A stretch of DNA of 64,000 bases from Candidatus Fermentibacteraceae bacterium. GTDB lineage: Bacteria > Fermentibacterota > Fermentibacteria > Fermentibacterales > JCC-6. A program made the position numbers and the translations under genes. The stretch spans positions 192,001 through 256,000 of the forward strand of contig JBGSZS010000004.1 of assembly GCA_041750285.1 (NCBI GenBank). The letters are read 5' to 3'. The notes below the pieces were generated by a model. It ran no database searches. It was not told where the DNA came from and saw nothing but the letters and a program-made list of their open reading frames with translations. Of the stretch, positions 1 to 13,866 are shown piece by piece (the stretch's first letter is position 1; each line of letters starts with the position of its first letter).

Positions 1-3000
1 GTTCAGAGTCGGGTCGGTTATGTTGTCCGCCCACTTCTCCAGCTGCATCAGCATCCACCTGGGGCTTCCCCGGGTCGCGGTTTCGTCCAGCCTCTCGTCC
101 CTGAGCCGGGAGATCCTTCTCATTGTGTGGGAAAGGCCCAGCCTGAGTGTGTAGCGGAGGTTCGTCGACAGCCCTACATCGGGCAGTCCCAGTGTGTCGG
201 CCCCCTGTGTATGGGGGCTGAGCCTTCCCATGGAATAGTTCGAGTCGAAACTCACCCTGGGTATCACGTAGCTCCAGAGGTTGATGTCCTGCGCGGCGGA
301 GAGGCTCTGGTTGCGGGAAACCTCCCTGCCCACGTTCACGGAACTCCCTTCGGGGTTCCACGGGTAGTACATGTCCCTCCCGACGGCCAGGGAGTACGAA
401 AGTGAGTTACCCTTCCAGAAGTTGAAACCGACCGAGCCGTCGGTGGTCAGCTCCCTCTGGGTGTTGTTCCGGGTCTGGACGGTGTCTTCCGAGGCAACGT
501 CCCACCTCACGTCGCGGCTCCGTTCGAACTTCACGCCGAAACCGAACCTTGTGGGCCTTATCCTGAAGTCTTCGAGGACCGGCAGGCGGAAGAGCCTCAT
601 CCTCCCCAGGGATATGTCGTAGCCCACTGTGAACCTCTCGCTTGAGAGCGAGTCGGTACCCGACGGGGAAAGACCGGTCTGCTCGCCCATGGTGTGCCTG
701 AAGGTCCACGGGTCAAGGAAGTACCTTCCAACGAGGCCTTCGGCCCGGATGTTGCGGCGCCACTGAACCGAAGTGTCCCACGTGTTGTTGTCGGTGCGCT
801 GGAACCACGAGTCCGCGCCCTCGATGCGAACGTCGCTGTTGGTCTGAAAGCGCGGTTCGGAAAGGGTGCGGCTCCATGCGTAGGTGGCCGGCAGCGACCA
901 TCCCCACCTTGGAGGTGTGAAACGGTCGAGATTGAACGTGGTGTTGGCCGAGTAACGGGTGGTCGTCTTGCCGGTGCCGGTGTTGGTCCCCAGGCTGTGG
1001 AAGTCGGCGTCCACCATCCTGTAGTCACCCTTCAGGGTGAGGAGGTCGGCAAAGTCCACCTGGCCGGTCAGTCTGTGGGCGTAGCCATCGTCCTGGTAAC
1101 GGTTCCGCAGTGTGATGTCGTTGATCCAGACCTCGGTGGAAAGGGGCGTGGTCGCGTTGTTGCGAAGGCCCAGGGCCAGGGTGAGCACGTTGGCGAAGGT
1201 GGGGCTTCCCCGCACCGACAGGTTGCCCGAGCTTATGTAGTCCAGCCCCTGCTGCTCCATGAGGGTTTTCAGGTCAACCAGATCCTGGATGGGGATGTCG
1301 ATGACCTGCCACCCCTGCTGCAGGGGCACCTCCAGCTCGTAGTAGTTGAGGCTGTCACGGCCGATCTGGAAGAAGGCCAGCCCCTGGGTGGTGTTGCCCC
1401 TGACCAGTATCCGGTAGCTCTGGTACGCCGTGTAGTCGGCCCCCGAGTAGAAGTTCTGCCTGGCCACGCCCTGATGCCCCCACAGAAGGTTGGCGCAGAC
1501 AAGGCTCAGGGACTGCTCGAGCTTGATGTTGCCGTAGTCGTCCCTGCCGGGGTTGACCCCGGGCGGGGGGTCGTCGATGTAGTCCTGGTTTTCCCTGTTG
1601 TTCACCACGGAAACGGTGAACTGCTCGCCGGGCTGGACAGGGGGCACTATCGAGTCGGTGGCCCCGATGTTCCTTCTCTCCCACCGGTTCCCCACTATGC
1701 CCATCTCGTACACCTCGAGCGTGTCGGACTGGGCGAACCCTTCCGTCCAGACCCTGGCGAAGACGATCTTGCTCCATGTAGGCTCGCCCGTGACGAAATC
1801 GGGAACCGTTATGAGAAGGGAGTCGTTCAGGGGAACGCTGATGAGCATCCACCCGTACTCGTTGGGTCCGTGGACGATGTAGTCGGGGTCGTCGAGGGGT
1901 ATCCGCACCCTGAAGAAGGTGTCGGCCGTGTCCAGAACGCCGTTGCGGTTGAGGTCTTCGGTGTCGAGTTTGGTGTTGCCCTCGGTGCCGTTGATCTTCT
2001 TGAACCAGTCTTCCCGGGGAACGCCTGATCCGTATTCGAGTTCGTAATCGTCCTGGTTGGGATCGGGATTGCCGGCAGAATAGTCCGGTTCCTCGGGGTT
2101 CATCAGGCCGTCGTATCCGGTGTTCTCATCGTTGGAGAGGATGCCGTCCTCGTTCTTGTCTTCGGTGTCGAGCTGGCCGTTGGCCCGCATGACCGTTCCG
2201 CTTCCCACCCGCTCGGGCCAGTACGAGTCCTCGCTCATCCGCTCACCGAGATCGATGTAGAGCGATGCCTGCTGGGCCGAACCGGTTGCCCTTACGTAAA
2301 GCGAGATGTGGGTGCGGGTCGAGAAGTCCACACCGTACCTGTCCAGGCACCGCATGACGCCGGCCCATGAATCGGTGCCGCCCTCGGGCTGGAAGAAGAG
2401 CTGCATGACATTGGCTTCCTCGGAGGCGTTGGTTCCGGTCAACCCGGGTACGATGTCCCCCACGTGCCAGCGGTTGGGCCACGACCACCAGCGCATGCGT
2501 CCCGCCAGTGACTCGCCTCCGGCAAATGGAAGTGACGCGAAAGACCAGGCCTCCCTGGACTGCCCAAGGGGGAAGACTGACTGGCTGCCCTCCATGTCGT
2601 CTATGTAGGCCACCCTGCCGCCACCGGGCATGCTCATGGCAACCTCGCCCGAGACCAGAACGCTGCTCTCGGCTTCGGTGCGGACCAGCGGAAGGGCGTT
2701 CACGGCATCGGTGAGGAATTCGGGTCTGACCTCGTAACGGGCATCGAGGTCCATCACCAGTGTGTTGTAGGCCTCCTCGCCGGGCGAGGGCCTGTCCTCC
2801 GGATTGGATGCGCTTTCGTACATGACGGTTGCGCCCACCCAGGAAAGCCTTCCCATCTGATACTTCATCCGTGTGCCGAAAAGCGTCTTGGACATCTGCG
2901 CGAAGAACGGCAGGTACTCGAAGGTCACCCTGAGGGTGTTCGCAGGGTCCTGGGCGAGTTCGGCCGCCTCACCCATCAGGGAGAGCAGGCCGATCTCGTA

Positions 3001-4698
3001 GATGATCGTGTAGTCGGTGTCACGCACGAGTTCCCGGGACTGCCCGGCCACGGTGAGGGTGACCCTTTCGCTTCCGGGGACCAGGCCCATCCTGCCGAGC
3101 GAATACGTGGTGCTCGCCGCCCTGAAGCTCACCCGCATGTAGTACTTGCTGAGGTTGGTGGGGGGGTTCTTCTCCGTGTAGACCTCGGGGTTCTTGACGT
3201 CAAGGACGTCGCTGGTGAACGGCCTGTTGTCGGGGAAGACTATGAAGCCGTTGTCCCAGTCCATCGTGGCGGTTTCGTCGATCATCGAGCCGTCGGCGTT
3301 GGTGTCCAGCCCGAGAAGCGCCAGGAAGGGGACGCCGTCCTGGCTGGAGGTGGGCTCCTGTCCCGGGATGTCGAGGAATATGTCGCAGTTGAAGCTCTCT
3401 CTCACTATGTTGTTGGCACCCAGGTAGTAGCGGTTCCTGAACATGTACTGCCACGTGGGGTCGCTGGTCGTCGGGTTTTCGTTCTTGATCAGGAAAAGGT
3501 TGACTGCGCCCTCGGCAAGGGTGCCCAGGGTGTCACCGGATGCGGTGACCGCCCACACGGCAATCATGTGATTGGTGCTGACGGGAGTGATGAACCTTAT
3601 CGTCGATGCGTCCTCGAGGAGCACGTAGTCGAGGTCGAGGCCCGCCTGCAGTTCCTCCCAGTAGCCGGGCACCGTCAGGGTGCCCCCTCCCGGAGTGGGC
3701 ACGCTGGCGTTGCCCTGGAGGAAAAGAGGGTTCTGTGAGCCGTCGTCGCGGAACACCCGGAGGGCCGTGAGGACAGGCGCCTGAACCGTGTCGGGCACCA
3801 CTCCGAAAAAGTAGTTGTCGGCGGGGCGGATGTCGAGGATGGAGTCGGTCACCATCGTGGCCTGTCCCACGAATTCGGCGGATTCGGTGGAGCTGGCCTG
3901 CTTGCTGGCTATCGTCGTTATCTCGAGAGGACCCACCTGGGCTTCCACCTTGGCGCCGAACAGACCCTGCCCGGGGATGCTGTAGCTCACGAACTCGGGG
4001 CCGGTTATGGACAGGTTCACATCCCCCATCTCGATGGACCGGATGACCTCGTCGTCGAAGCCCGTGTACCTGAGCCTGACGTTGTAGTCGGGTTCGAGGG
4101 TCCTGCGGGTGTCGTGGTCGACCTGGACGTTGATCTTCTCGCCGATCGTGCCGTCGAGGTTGATGACAAGTTCCTGCTCCATCTTGAGGTCGGGGAAGTA
4201 GGAGGGGGTGACCCCCTCGGTGCTGACCATGTTGGGCCTTATGTGGCTGATCCCGGAGATGGTGATCTTCTGGTGGCCCGTTATGTCGAGCTGGCCGCCC
4301 TCGCCTATGACCCCGGCGATGCCCGGAGGCATTGCGAAGGGAAGGTAGATCGTGGGCACGAGCCTTCCCGACTCGTGGGACGACCTTACCGCGCTGGTGC
4401 TGTTGGTGAGCAGCCACCGCTTCCAGAGCGACCACTCGGTGAGGCGTGTCTTGGAGTCGGGAAGAAGCCAGACCCGTGACGGCGACACCGGGCGGCCCAT
4501 GTAGTAGAGCCGGTATGACAGGGCGGTTCCGGAGAGCGCGGGTGTGATCATCACCCTCGCATCGGGAAGCGTGACAAGCGAGGGTATCGAATCCTGGTAG
4601 AACGCGTTGGGGGGGCCGGCCGGAAGCCATGGGAAGGTTACCCCGGCGCCGAACACCGTTGCGAAGAGCAGAAGAAGAAGCAAGGATGGGTACTTCAT
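1..4698 (-). CDS. sprA: SprA/Sov-like outer-membrane translocon of a type IX-like secretion system (3' end lies outside the window)
   Basis: Hand-translated at both ends: ATG at 4698 gives MKYPSLLLLLLFATVFG (signal peptide), then SprA-like segments (MEQELVINLDGTIGEKINVQVDHD, LRYTGFDDEVIRSIEMGDVNL, GQGLFGAKVEAQVGPLEITTIASKQ, LDTEDKNEDGIL). The same frame is still open at base 1 (about 1566 codons). Absent from the ORF track because there is no stop in the window. Confidence 0.85.
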   Translation of the reverse strand, partial: MKYPSLLLLLLFATVFGAGVTFPWLPAGPPNAFYQDSIPSLVTLPDARVMITPALSGTALSYRLYYMGRPVSPSRVWLLPDSKTRLTEWSLWKRWLLTNSTSAVRSSHESGRLVPTIYLPFAMPPGIAGVIGEGGQLDITGHQKITISGISHIRPNMVSTEGVTPSYFPDLKMEQELVINLDGTIGEKINVQVDHDTRRTLEPDYNVRLRYTGFDDEVIRSIEMGDVNLSITGPEFVSYSIPGQGLFGAKVEAQVGPLEITTIASKQASSTESAEFVGQATMVTDSILDIRPADNYFFGVVPDTVQAPVLTALRVFRDDGSQNPLFLQGNASVPTPGGGTLTVPGYWEELQAGLDLDYVLLEDASTIRFITPVSTNHMIAVWAVTASGDTLGTLAEGAVNLFLIKNENPTTSDPTWQYMFRNRYYLGANNIVRESFNCDIFLDIPGQEPTSSQDGVPFLALLGLDTNADGSMIDETATMDWDNGFIVFPDNRPFTSDVLDVKNPEVYTEKNPPTNLSKYYMRVSFRAASTTYSLGRMGLVPGSERVTLTVAGQSRELVRDTDYTIIYEIGLLSLMGEAAELAQDPANTLRVTFEYLPFFAQMSKTLFGTRMKYQMGRLSWVGATVMYESASNPEDRPSPGEEAYNTLVMDLDARYEVRPEFLTDAVNALPLVRTEAESSVLVSGEVAMSMPGGGRVAYIDDMEGSQSVFPLGQSREAWSFASLPFAGGESLAGRMRWWSWPNRWHVGDIVPGLTGTNASEEANVMQLFFQPEGGTDSWAGVMRCLDRYGVDFSTRTHISLYVRATGSAQQASLYIDLGERMSEDSYWPERVGSGTVMRANGQLDTEDKNEDGILSNDENTGYDGLMNPEEPDYSAGNPDPNQDDYELEYGSGVPREDWFKKINGTEGNTKLDTEDLNRNGVLDTADTFFRVRIPLDDPDYIVHGPNEYGWMLISVPLNDSLLITVPDFVTGEPTWSKIVFARVWTEGFAQSDTLEVYEMGIVGNRWERRNIGATDSIVPPVQPGEQFTVSVVNNRENQDYIDDPPPGVNPGRDDYGNIKLEQSLSLVCANLLWGHQGVARQNFYSGADYTAYQSYRILVRGNTTQGLAFFQIGRDSLNYYELEVPLQQGWQVIDIPIQDLVDLKTLMEQQGLDYISSGNLSVRGSPTFANVLTLALGLRNNATTPLSTEVWINDITLRNRYQDDGYAHRLTGQVDFADLLTLKGDYRMVDADFHSLGTNTGTGKTTTRYSANTTFNLDRFTPPRWGWSLPATYAWSRTLSEPRFQTNSDVRIEGADSWFQRTDNNTWDTSVQWRRNIRAEGLVGRYFLDPWTFRHTMGEQTGLSPSGTDSLSSERFTVGYDISLGRMRLFRLPVLEDFRIRPTRFGFGVKFERSRDVRWDVASEDTVQTRNNTQRELTTDGSVGFNFWKGNSLSYSLAVGRDMYYPWNPEGSSVNVGREVSRNQSLSAAQDINLWSYVIPRVSFDSNYSMGRLSPHTQGADTLGLPDVGLSTNLRYTLRLGLSHTMRRISRLRDERLDETATRGSPRWMLMQLEKWADNITDPTLN

Positions 4699-4836
4699 AC
4701 GTGCAGGTAACTGTACTCCCGCCCCATGGGCTTGTTCCAGATTCTGTGCCGAAAGGACTGTATAACATTCCCTTAAAACCCCGTTCATGCAAGCGGGGTC
4801 ACGGGCGGGTGCGGCGCTGGACTATATTGGCACGCC

Positions 4837-6183
4837 ATGAAGATACTTCACAGGTACGTGATCGCCGAGTTCATCGCCCCGTTTCTCATCTCCATCGGGG
4901 TGTTCACCTTTGTCATGCTTCTCGACAAGCTTCTGGACCTTCTGGACATGATAGTGAGCAAGGGCGTTCCCCTGGTCATTGTTGGCGAGATCTTCATCCT
5001 GCTGCTGCCTTCGATGGTTGCGGTGGTCGTCCCCATGGCGGTGCTCTCCGGGATCCTCATCGCCATTGGCAGGCTTTCCGGGGACATGGAGGTAACGGCA
5101 ATGAAGGCCTCCGGGATTGGCGTGTTGCGCCTTCTGCTTCCGCTTTCCGCAGTGGCCGTGCTTCTGGGGGGGGTCCTCGTCGTGTTCAACGACTCCATCC
5201 TCCCAAACGCCAACCACCACGCGAAAAACCTGCTTCTCGACGTCGGCACGATGCGGCCCACGGCCCGGATCGTCTCGGGAATGTTCGTGGAGGACCTCGA
5301 CAACTACAGGATCCTTGTCGAGAGCAAGGACGACCTGACGGGCCGGCTCAGGGGTGTGGTCATCCACCAGAGCATCCCGGGAAAACCCCTCCGGACGATC
5401 AGCGCCATGACCGGCACGATGAGACCCGTGGGGGCCAACCACCTGAGGATGACCCTCGAGAACGGCCAGATGCACGAGCTCGACCAGAACGGCAGGTACA
5501 GGTTCAGCGACTTCACGACGTACACACTCGACATGGCCAGGTCGGAGGACCTTGTGAGGCGGGACCGCGACAACAGGGGGGACAGGGAGATGTCGACCCT
5601 CCAGATGCAGTTCAGGATCGACAGCCTCAACGCCCTCGAGCAGGTACTGGTGGACAGCCTTGAGATCATCGCCGCCGGGCCTTTCCTGCGGGTGGTTCAG
5701 GGGGAGAGGCCGTACGGGACCGGGGAGGACACCGACTCCCTCTCCCTGCTCAGGGCCGCAAGGGAGTGGCTGATGAGGACCGGCACATCCGCCGCGCTCA
5801 CGGCTGACCGCATAGGCTACCTGAGGCTGGAGCAGAACAGGTTCGAGGTGGAGATACAGAAGAAGTACTCGATACCGTTCGCCTGCCTGGTCTTCGTGCT
5901 TCTGGGAGTGCCTCTGGGGCTGTCGTCCCGCAGGGCCAACACGGGGATATCACTCGCGGTGAGCCTTCTTTTCATCCTTGTCTACTACTTCTTCCTGATA
6001 ACGGGGGAGAACATGGCGGACAAGGGGCAGACCCCCGCATGGGTCGCCATGTGGGCCCCAAACATCGTAATGGGCGCCCTTGGCGTTCACCTGATCTTCC
6101 GAAGCCTGAGGGAGGGGCATCCCATTTCGTTGCCCGACCTCAGGGAACTCCGGGACAGGATGAGGGGAAAGGGGCCGAAGTGA
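4837..6183 (+). CDS. lptF: LPS export ABC transporter permease LptF (YjgP/YjgQ family)
   Basis: MKILHRYVIAEFIAPF N-terminus, GRLSGDMEVTAMKASGI motif, C-terminal EIQKKYSIPFACLVFVLLGVPLG; tandem with a paralog. Confidence 0.9.
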   Translation: MKILHRYVIAEFIAPFLISIGVFTFVMLLDKLLDLLDMIVSKGVPLVIVGEIFILLLPSMVAVVVPMAVLSGILIAIGRLSGDMEVTAMKASGIGVLRLLLPLSAVAVLLGGVLVVFNDSILPNANHHAKNLLLDVGTMRPTARIVSGMFVEDLDNYRILVESKDDLTGRLRGVVIHQSIPGKPLRTISAMTGTMRPVGANHLRMTLENGQMHELDQNGRYRFSDFTTYTLDMARSEDLVRRDRDNRGDREMSTLQMQFRIDSLNALEQVLVDSLEIIAAGPFLRVVQGERPYGTGEDTDSLSLLRAAREWLMRTGTSAALTADRIGYLRLEQNRFEVEIQKKYSIPFACLVFVLLGVPLGLSSRRANTGISLAVSLLFILVYYFFLITGENMADKGQTPAWVAMWAPNIVMGALGVHLIFRSLREGHPISLPDLRELRDRMRGKGPK

Positions 6184-7271
6184 ACGCCGGCATACTCGAC
6201 AGGTACATAGCGGGCAGGTTCCTCAGGATGATTTTGATGGCGGTCGCGGCCTTCACGGTGCTGTTCGTGGTGGTCGACGCCTTCGACAACATCAACCGGT
6301 GGATGGAGAAGAGCCCCGGATGGGAGGCCTTCCTCAGGTATTACCTGTACGGGCTGCCCTACATCATCGTTCTCGTCATGCCGGTGGCAGTGCTTCTCTG
6401 CAGCCTCTTCCTGGTGACCTCACTGGCGCGGAACAACGAACTGACGGCCCTGAGGGCATCGGGGGTCAGCGTTCCGCGGGTCTTCGCACCACTTCTGGCA
6501 GTCGGCTTTCTGATCAGCGTGTTTGTGCTGATGGTGGGCGACTTCGTGGTGGCCGAGGCCAACTACAGGCAGACCCTCGTCAAAAGGGTCGAGATCGACA
6601 GAAAAGACCCCATTGACTACGGAATGCGGCACTCGTTCGCCCACCGCTCACTTTCCGGAGCCATCATGGAGATAGGCTTCTTCGACGGCCGGCAGGAAAC
6701 CATAACCGGGATCGTTCTCGAATGGTTCGACGACCAGTCACGGGTGGTCCGAAGGATAGACGCGGCAAGGATGGTGTGGGCGGACTCGCTGTGGACCGCC
6801 CATGAGGTCGAGGAGCGGGTCTTCGGCCCCGAAGGCGAGATGGGCTACACTTCGCAAGACACCCTGGCGGTCCCCGAGATAACCGACACCCCGGAAGATC
6901 TTGGAAGCAGGGCAAAGACCCCCCAGGAGATGAACCTGTTCGAACTGGGCCGCCAGATCGGGAGGATACGCATCGCAGGCGGAAACCCCAGGGAAAGCCT
7001 GGTGGAGTTCTACATGACCATCTTCTTCCCGTTCTCCAGCCTCATAATGGTCCTCGTGGGAGCACCCCTGGCCACCCGGAACCCCAGAAGCGGCCGATCC
7101 ACGAGCGTTGCCGCGGCGATCCTGCTGGCCTTCATCTTCTTCTCGCTGACCAGGTTCGGGCAGACCCTCGGCAACAAGGGAGCCCTCGAACCGGTCCTGA
7201 GCGCCGGGCTCGCGAACGCCATCTTCGTGATCATCGGGATCGTGATGTTCTCGAGAACCATCAAGTCCTGA
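6180..7271 (+). CDS. lptG: LPS export ABC transporter permease LptG
   Basis: GTG at 6180 overlaps the lptF stop (GTGA); ILDRYIAGRFL and LARNNELTALRASGVS motifs. Confidence 0.88.
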   Translation: MNAGILDRYIAGRFLRMILMAVAAFTVLFVVVDAFDNINRWMEKSPGWEAFLRYYLYGLPYIIVLVMPVAVLLCSLFLVTSLARNNELTALRASGVSVPRVFAPLLAVGFLISVFVLMVGDFVVAEANYRQTLVKRVEIDRKDPIDYGMRHSFAHRSLSGAIMEIGFFDGRQETITGIVLEWFDDQSRVVRRIDAARMVWADSLWTAHEVEERVFGPEGEMGYTSQDTLAVPEITDTPEDLGSRAKTPQEMNLFELGRQIGRIRIAGGNPRESLVEFYMTIFFPFSSLIMVLVGAPLATRNPRSGRSTSVAAAILLAFIFFSLTRFGQTLGNKGALEPVLSAGLANAIFVIIGIVMFSRTIKS

Positions 7272-7309
7272 AACGGCTCAACCGAAGGCAGTCTCCCGCG
7301 GATCAGGCT

Positions 7310-7780
7310 TCACCTGAAAACCGATGCGATCCTCTCCACGGTGCGGTCGATCAGTTTTTCCCTGCATGTGCGGCCCCAGTTGACAACGGATGTCGCGGCC
7401 ACGGTTGCACCCAGGGCCGTGCAAAGCTTCGCCATCTGCCTGACTGACCTGGACCCTCCCATCCAGGGGAAGGGAAAGGCCTGGGTGACGAAACACGCCA
7501 CGGTCCTGCCCCTGAGCGACGGAATGGTCCTGATGAAGGCATCAATGTCCGGCGCAGGCGAGAAGCCGTGAACCGGTGAACCGAAGATGACCCCTTCGCA
7601 GCCGTTCAGGGCTTCCACACCATCCGCGGTTGTCACGCCGGGTTCCCCCCCTGCACCGCCGGCGGTCCCCACGTCGATGATGCGCGCGGTGTGCCCGGAG
7701 CTTTCAAGTGTCTGCCTTATCCTCACGGCTACAGACCGGGTGTTGCCGGTCCGGGAGTGAACGAAAATGGCCACGTTCAT
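7310..7780 (-). CDS. Flavodoxin-family protein
   Basis: FMN-binding loop SRTGNT and GVIFGSPVHG; GGAGAG SD before the ATG. Confidence 0.85.
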   Translation of the reverse strand: MNVAIFVHSRTGNTRSVAVRIRQTLESSGHTARIIDVGTAGGAGGEPGVTTADGVEALNGCEGVIFGSPVHGFSPAPDIDAFIRTIPSLRGRTVACFVTQAFPFPWMGGSRSVRQMAKLCTALGATVAATSVVNWGRTCREKLIDRTVERIASVFR

Positions 7781-7839
7781 GTTCTCTCCTGTCGTTGCGG
7801 AGCCCCGGGGCTCCCGATCCCCACGTTTCCTGACGCACT

Positions 7840-7901
7840 ATTAGAAAGGAGGGGGAAAACACAGTCAAGGGTTGCACGGACCATCGATCTTTGGATATGC
7901 T
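7840..7901. promoter_or_regulatory. Back-to-back sigma70-like promoters for flavodoxin (-) and serC (+)
   Basis: Minus strand: TTGACT (7868-7863)-17 nt-TCTAAT (7845-7840). Plus strand: TTGCAC (7872-7877)-18 nt-TATGCT (7896-7901). Confidence 0.45.
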
Positions 7902-7951
7902 TGTACCGTGCATTTCACCGTGTCTCATCAAACGAAGCTGGAGGCTTTTCT

Positions 7952-9040
7952 ATGTCAAAGCGCGTACACAACTTCTACGCAGGGCCGGCGACCCTTCCAC
8001 TGGAAGTGGTGCAGAAAGCGCAGAAGGGTCTTGATGACTTTGCCGGGCAGGGCATGTCCATCATGGAGATTTCGCACAGGTCCAAACCTTTCGAGGCGAT
8101 GTTCAAGAACGCCCAGTCCAAGATGCTCTCCATCATGGGCCTCTCGCCCGACGACTACTACGTGCTCTTCCTCGGCGGCGGCGCCAGCATGCAGTTCTGC
8201 ATGGTTCCCTTCAATTTCCTTCGCAGCAACGAGACCGCTGACTACATAAACACCGGCGGATGGTCGACCGGCGCCATCAAGGAGGCCAAGCTCTTCGGAA
8301 CGGTGAATACGGCCGCCACAAGTGAAGACACCAAATTCGACAGGATCCCCACCGACATAAAACTGACTCCCGGCGCCGCCTACGTCCACACCACCAGCAA
8401 CAACACCCTCTACGGCACCCAGATCTGGAACTTCCCCGAGACCGGCGCGGTGCCGATGGTATGCGACATGTCAAGCGATTTTCTGAGCAGGGAACTCGAC
8501 TACAGCCGCTTCAGCCTGATATATGCCGGCGCCCAGAAGAACATCGGCCCCTCGGGCGTCACGGCGGTGGTCATCAGAAAGAGCTGGCTCGAGATCGCAA
8601 AGACCGACATCCCAACCATGATGAAGTACAAGGTCCATGTGGAGAAGGAAAGCCTCTACAACACTCCTCCGTGCTTCCCCGTCTTCGTTGTCGACCTCGT
8701 GATGGACTGGATCATGGAGAACGGCGGACTGTCGGGGATCGAGAAGCGCAACAGGCGCAAGGCGGCGTTCATCTACGACGCGATCGACAAGAGCGGCGGC
8801 TTCTACAAGCCCCATGTCAAGAACCCCAAAGACCGCAGCCTGATGAACATCACGTTCACCCTTCCCTCCGAGGAACTCGAGAACAGGTTCGTGGACGAGG
8901 CGAAGAAGCTGGACATGGTGGGTCTGAAGGGTCACAGGAGCGTGGGCGGATGCCGCGCTTCCACCTACAACGCCATGACCATCGAAGGCGCCGAGACGCT
9001 TGCAGGGTTCATGGCCGCCTTCATGAGCCGGAACGGCTGA
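7952..9040 (+). CDS. serC: Phosphoserine aminotransferase
   Basis: NFYAGPA, MEISHRS, GGGASMQF, CDMSS, PLP-lysine motif YAGAQKNIGPSG, GLKGHRSVGG; GGAGG SD before ATG 7952. Confidence 0.97.
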   Translation: MSKRVHNFYAGPATLPLEVVQKAQKGLDDFAGQGMSIMEISHRSKPFEAMFKNAQSKMLSIMGLSPDDYYVLFLGGGASMQFCMVPFNFLRSNETADYINTGGWSTGAIKEAKLFGTVNTAATSEDTKFDRIPTDIKLTPGAAYVHTTSNNTLYGTQIWNFPETGAVPMVCDMSSDFLSRELDYSRFSLIYAGAQKNIGPSGVTAVVIRKSWLEIAKTDIPTMMKYKVHVEKESLYNTPPCFPVFVVDLVMDWIMENGGLSGIEKRNRRKAAFIYDAIDKSGGFYKPHVKNPKDRSLMNITFTLPSEELENRFVDEAKKLDMVGLKGHRSVGGCRASTYNAMTIEGAETLAGFMAAFMSRNG

Positions 9041-9057
9041 CACCGGCAGGATGCAGT

Positions 9058-9087
9058 GGGCGCCGTGGTCTCACGGCGCCCTTTTTT
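9058..9087 (+). terminator. Intrinsic terminator after serC (convergent with ligA)
   Basis: GGGCGCCGTG-gtct-CACGGCGCCC followed by TTTTTT. Confidence 0.85.
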
Positions 9088-13049
<3,962 letters not shown>

Positions 13050-13145
13050 GCTCATAGTGTATCACCAAAGCACTTTGTCCGCAAGTCTGGACAGGGAGGC
13101 CATTCTTTTCGTAGGTTTACCTTCCAAACGATCCCGGAGGTTCCC

Positions 13146-13856
13146 ATGCTTCATACCCTGCTTGTTCTGGCTACCACTGCGGCAGAGAAGACCAGTTCCC
13201 TGACGGCGCTTTTCTGGTCGGGCGCCGCTGCGGCCAGTTTTCTTGTCATCCAGTTCGCCGGAGCCCGGTACTACTCGTTCAGCCAGTCCCGCAATCCCCG
13301 CACGCCGATAACCTTCCTTGTTATCCTGGGTGCCCTTGGCGTGGCGGGTACGGTCGTATTCAGCTTCATGCCCGACAACGATCTGCAGCTCTTTCTGGGC
13401 ATGACGTGCGGAGCCCTCCTGTGGACGGCCCTTGGCGAGATACCAGAACAGGCCGGCTGGTACTCCCATTCCAGCAGAAGGGCCCTTCAGGTGTTCATGT
13501 GCTTCTTTGCCGCATGGCTGCTGATCGCATTCATCATTCCCGGCGTGCCCATGGCCGTAACCGGTTGTGTTGCGTACATCGCCTGGGTATGGGGGCTCCA
13601 CCAGGCACGGACGCGGGTGATCTGCCGCTGGGGAGCGGTATCGCTTGCCACCACGCTGCTCATCATCGTGCTTGGAATGCTCGCGGGTGGCGCCGTGGTG
13701 CTGGGGGCCGTGTACGGAACCCCCTTCAGCGGCACGAGCGCGGGCCTTGCATTCGCCGTGACTGTCTGGTCACTGCTGGAGGTCATCTGGGAACAGGAAA
13801 TGGCCCAGGGACCCTGGAAACAGAAGAGCCAGGGCAGGAACCGGGAAAAATGCTGA
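13146..13856 (+). CDS. Hypothetical multi-pass membrane protein
   Basis: GGAGG SD before ATG 13146; about 7 hydrophobic segments; no family recognised. Confidence 0.7.
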   Translation: MLHTLLVLATTAAEKTSSLTALFWSGAAAASFLVIQFAGARYYSFSQSRNPRTPITFLVILGALGVAGTVVFSFMPDNDLQLFLGMTCGALLWTALGEIPEQAGWYSHSSRRALQVFMCFFAAWLLIAFIIPGVPMAVTGCVAYIAWVWGLHQARTRVICRWGAVSLATTLLIIVLGMLAGGAVVLGAVYGTPFSGTSAGLAFAVTVWSLLEVIWEQEMAQGPWKQKSQGRNREKC

Positions 13857-13866
13857 CGGACCTTCT

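Noticed and set aside
694..2028. 444-aa plus-strand ORF (and 3533-4792 minus, 419 aa)
   Set aside because: Shadow frames of the sprA-like gene: antisense or off-frame, with V/G/R-rich composition typical of GC-rich DNA and no motifs.
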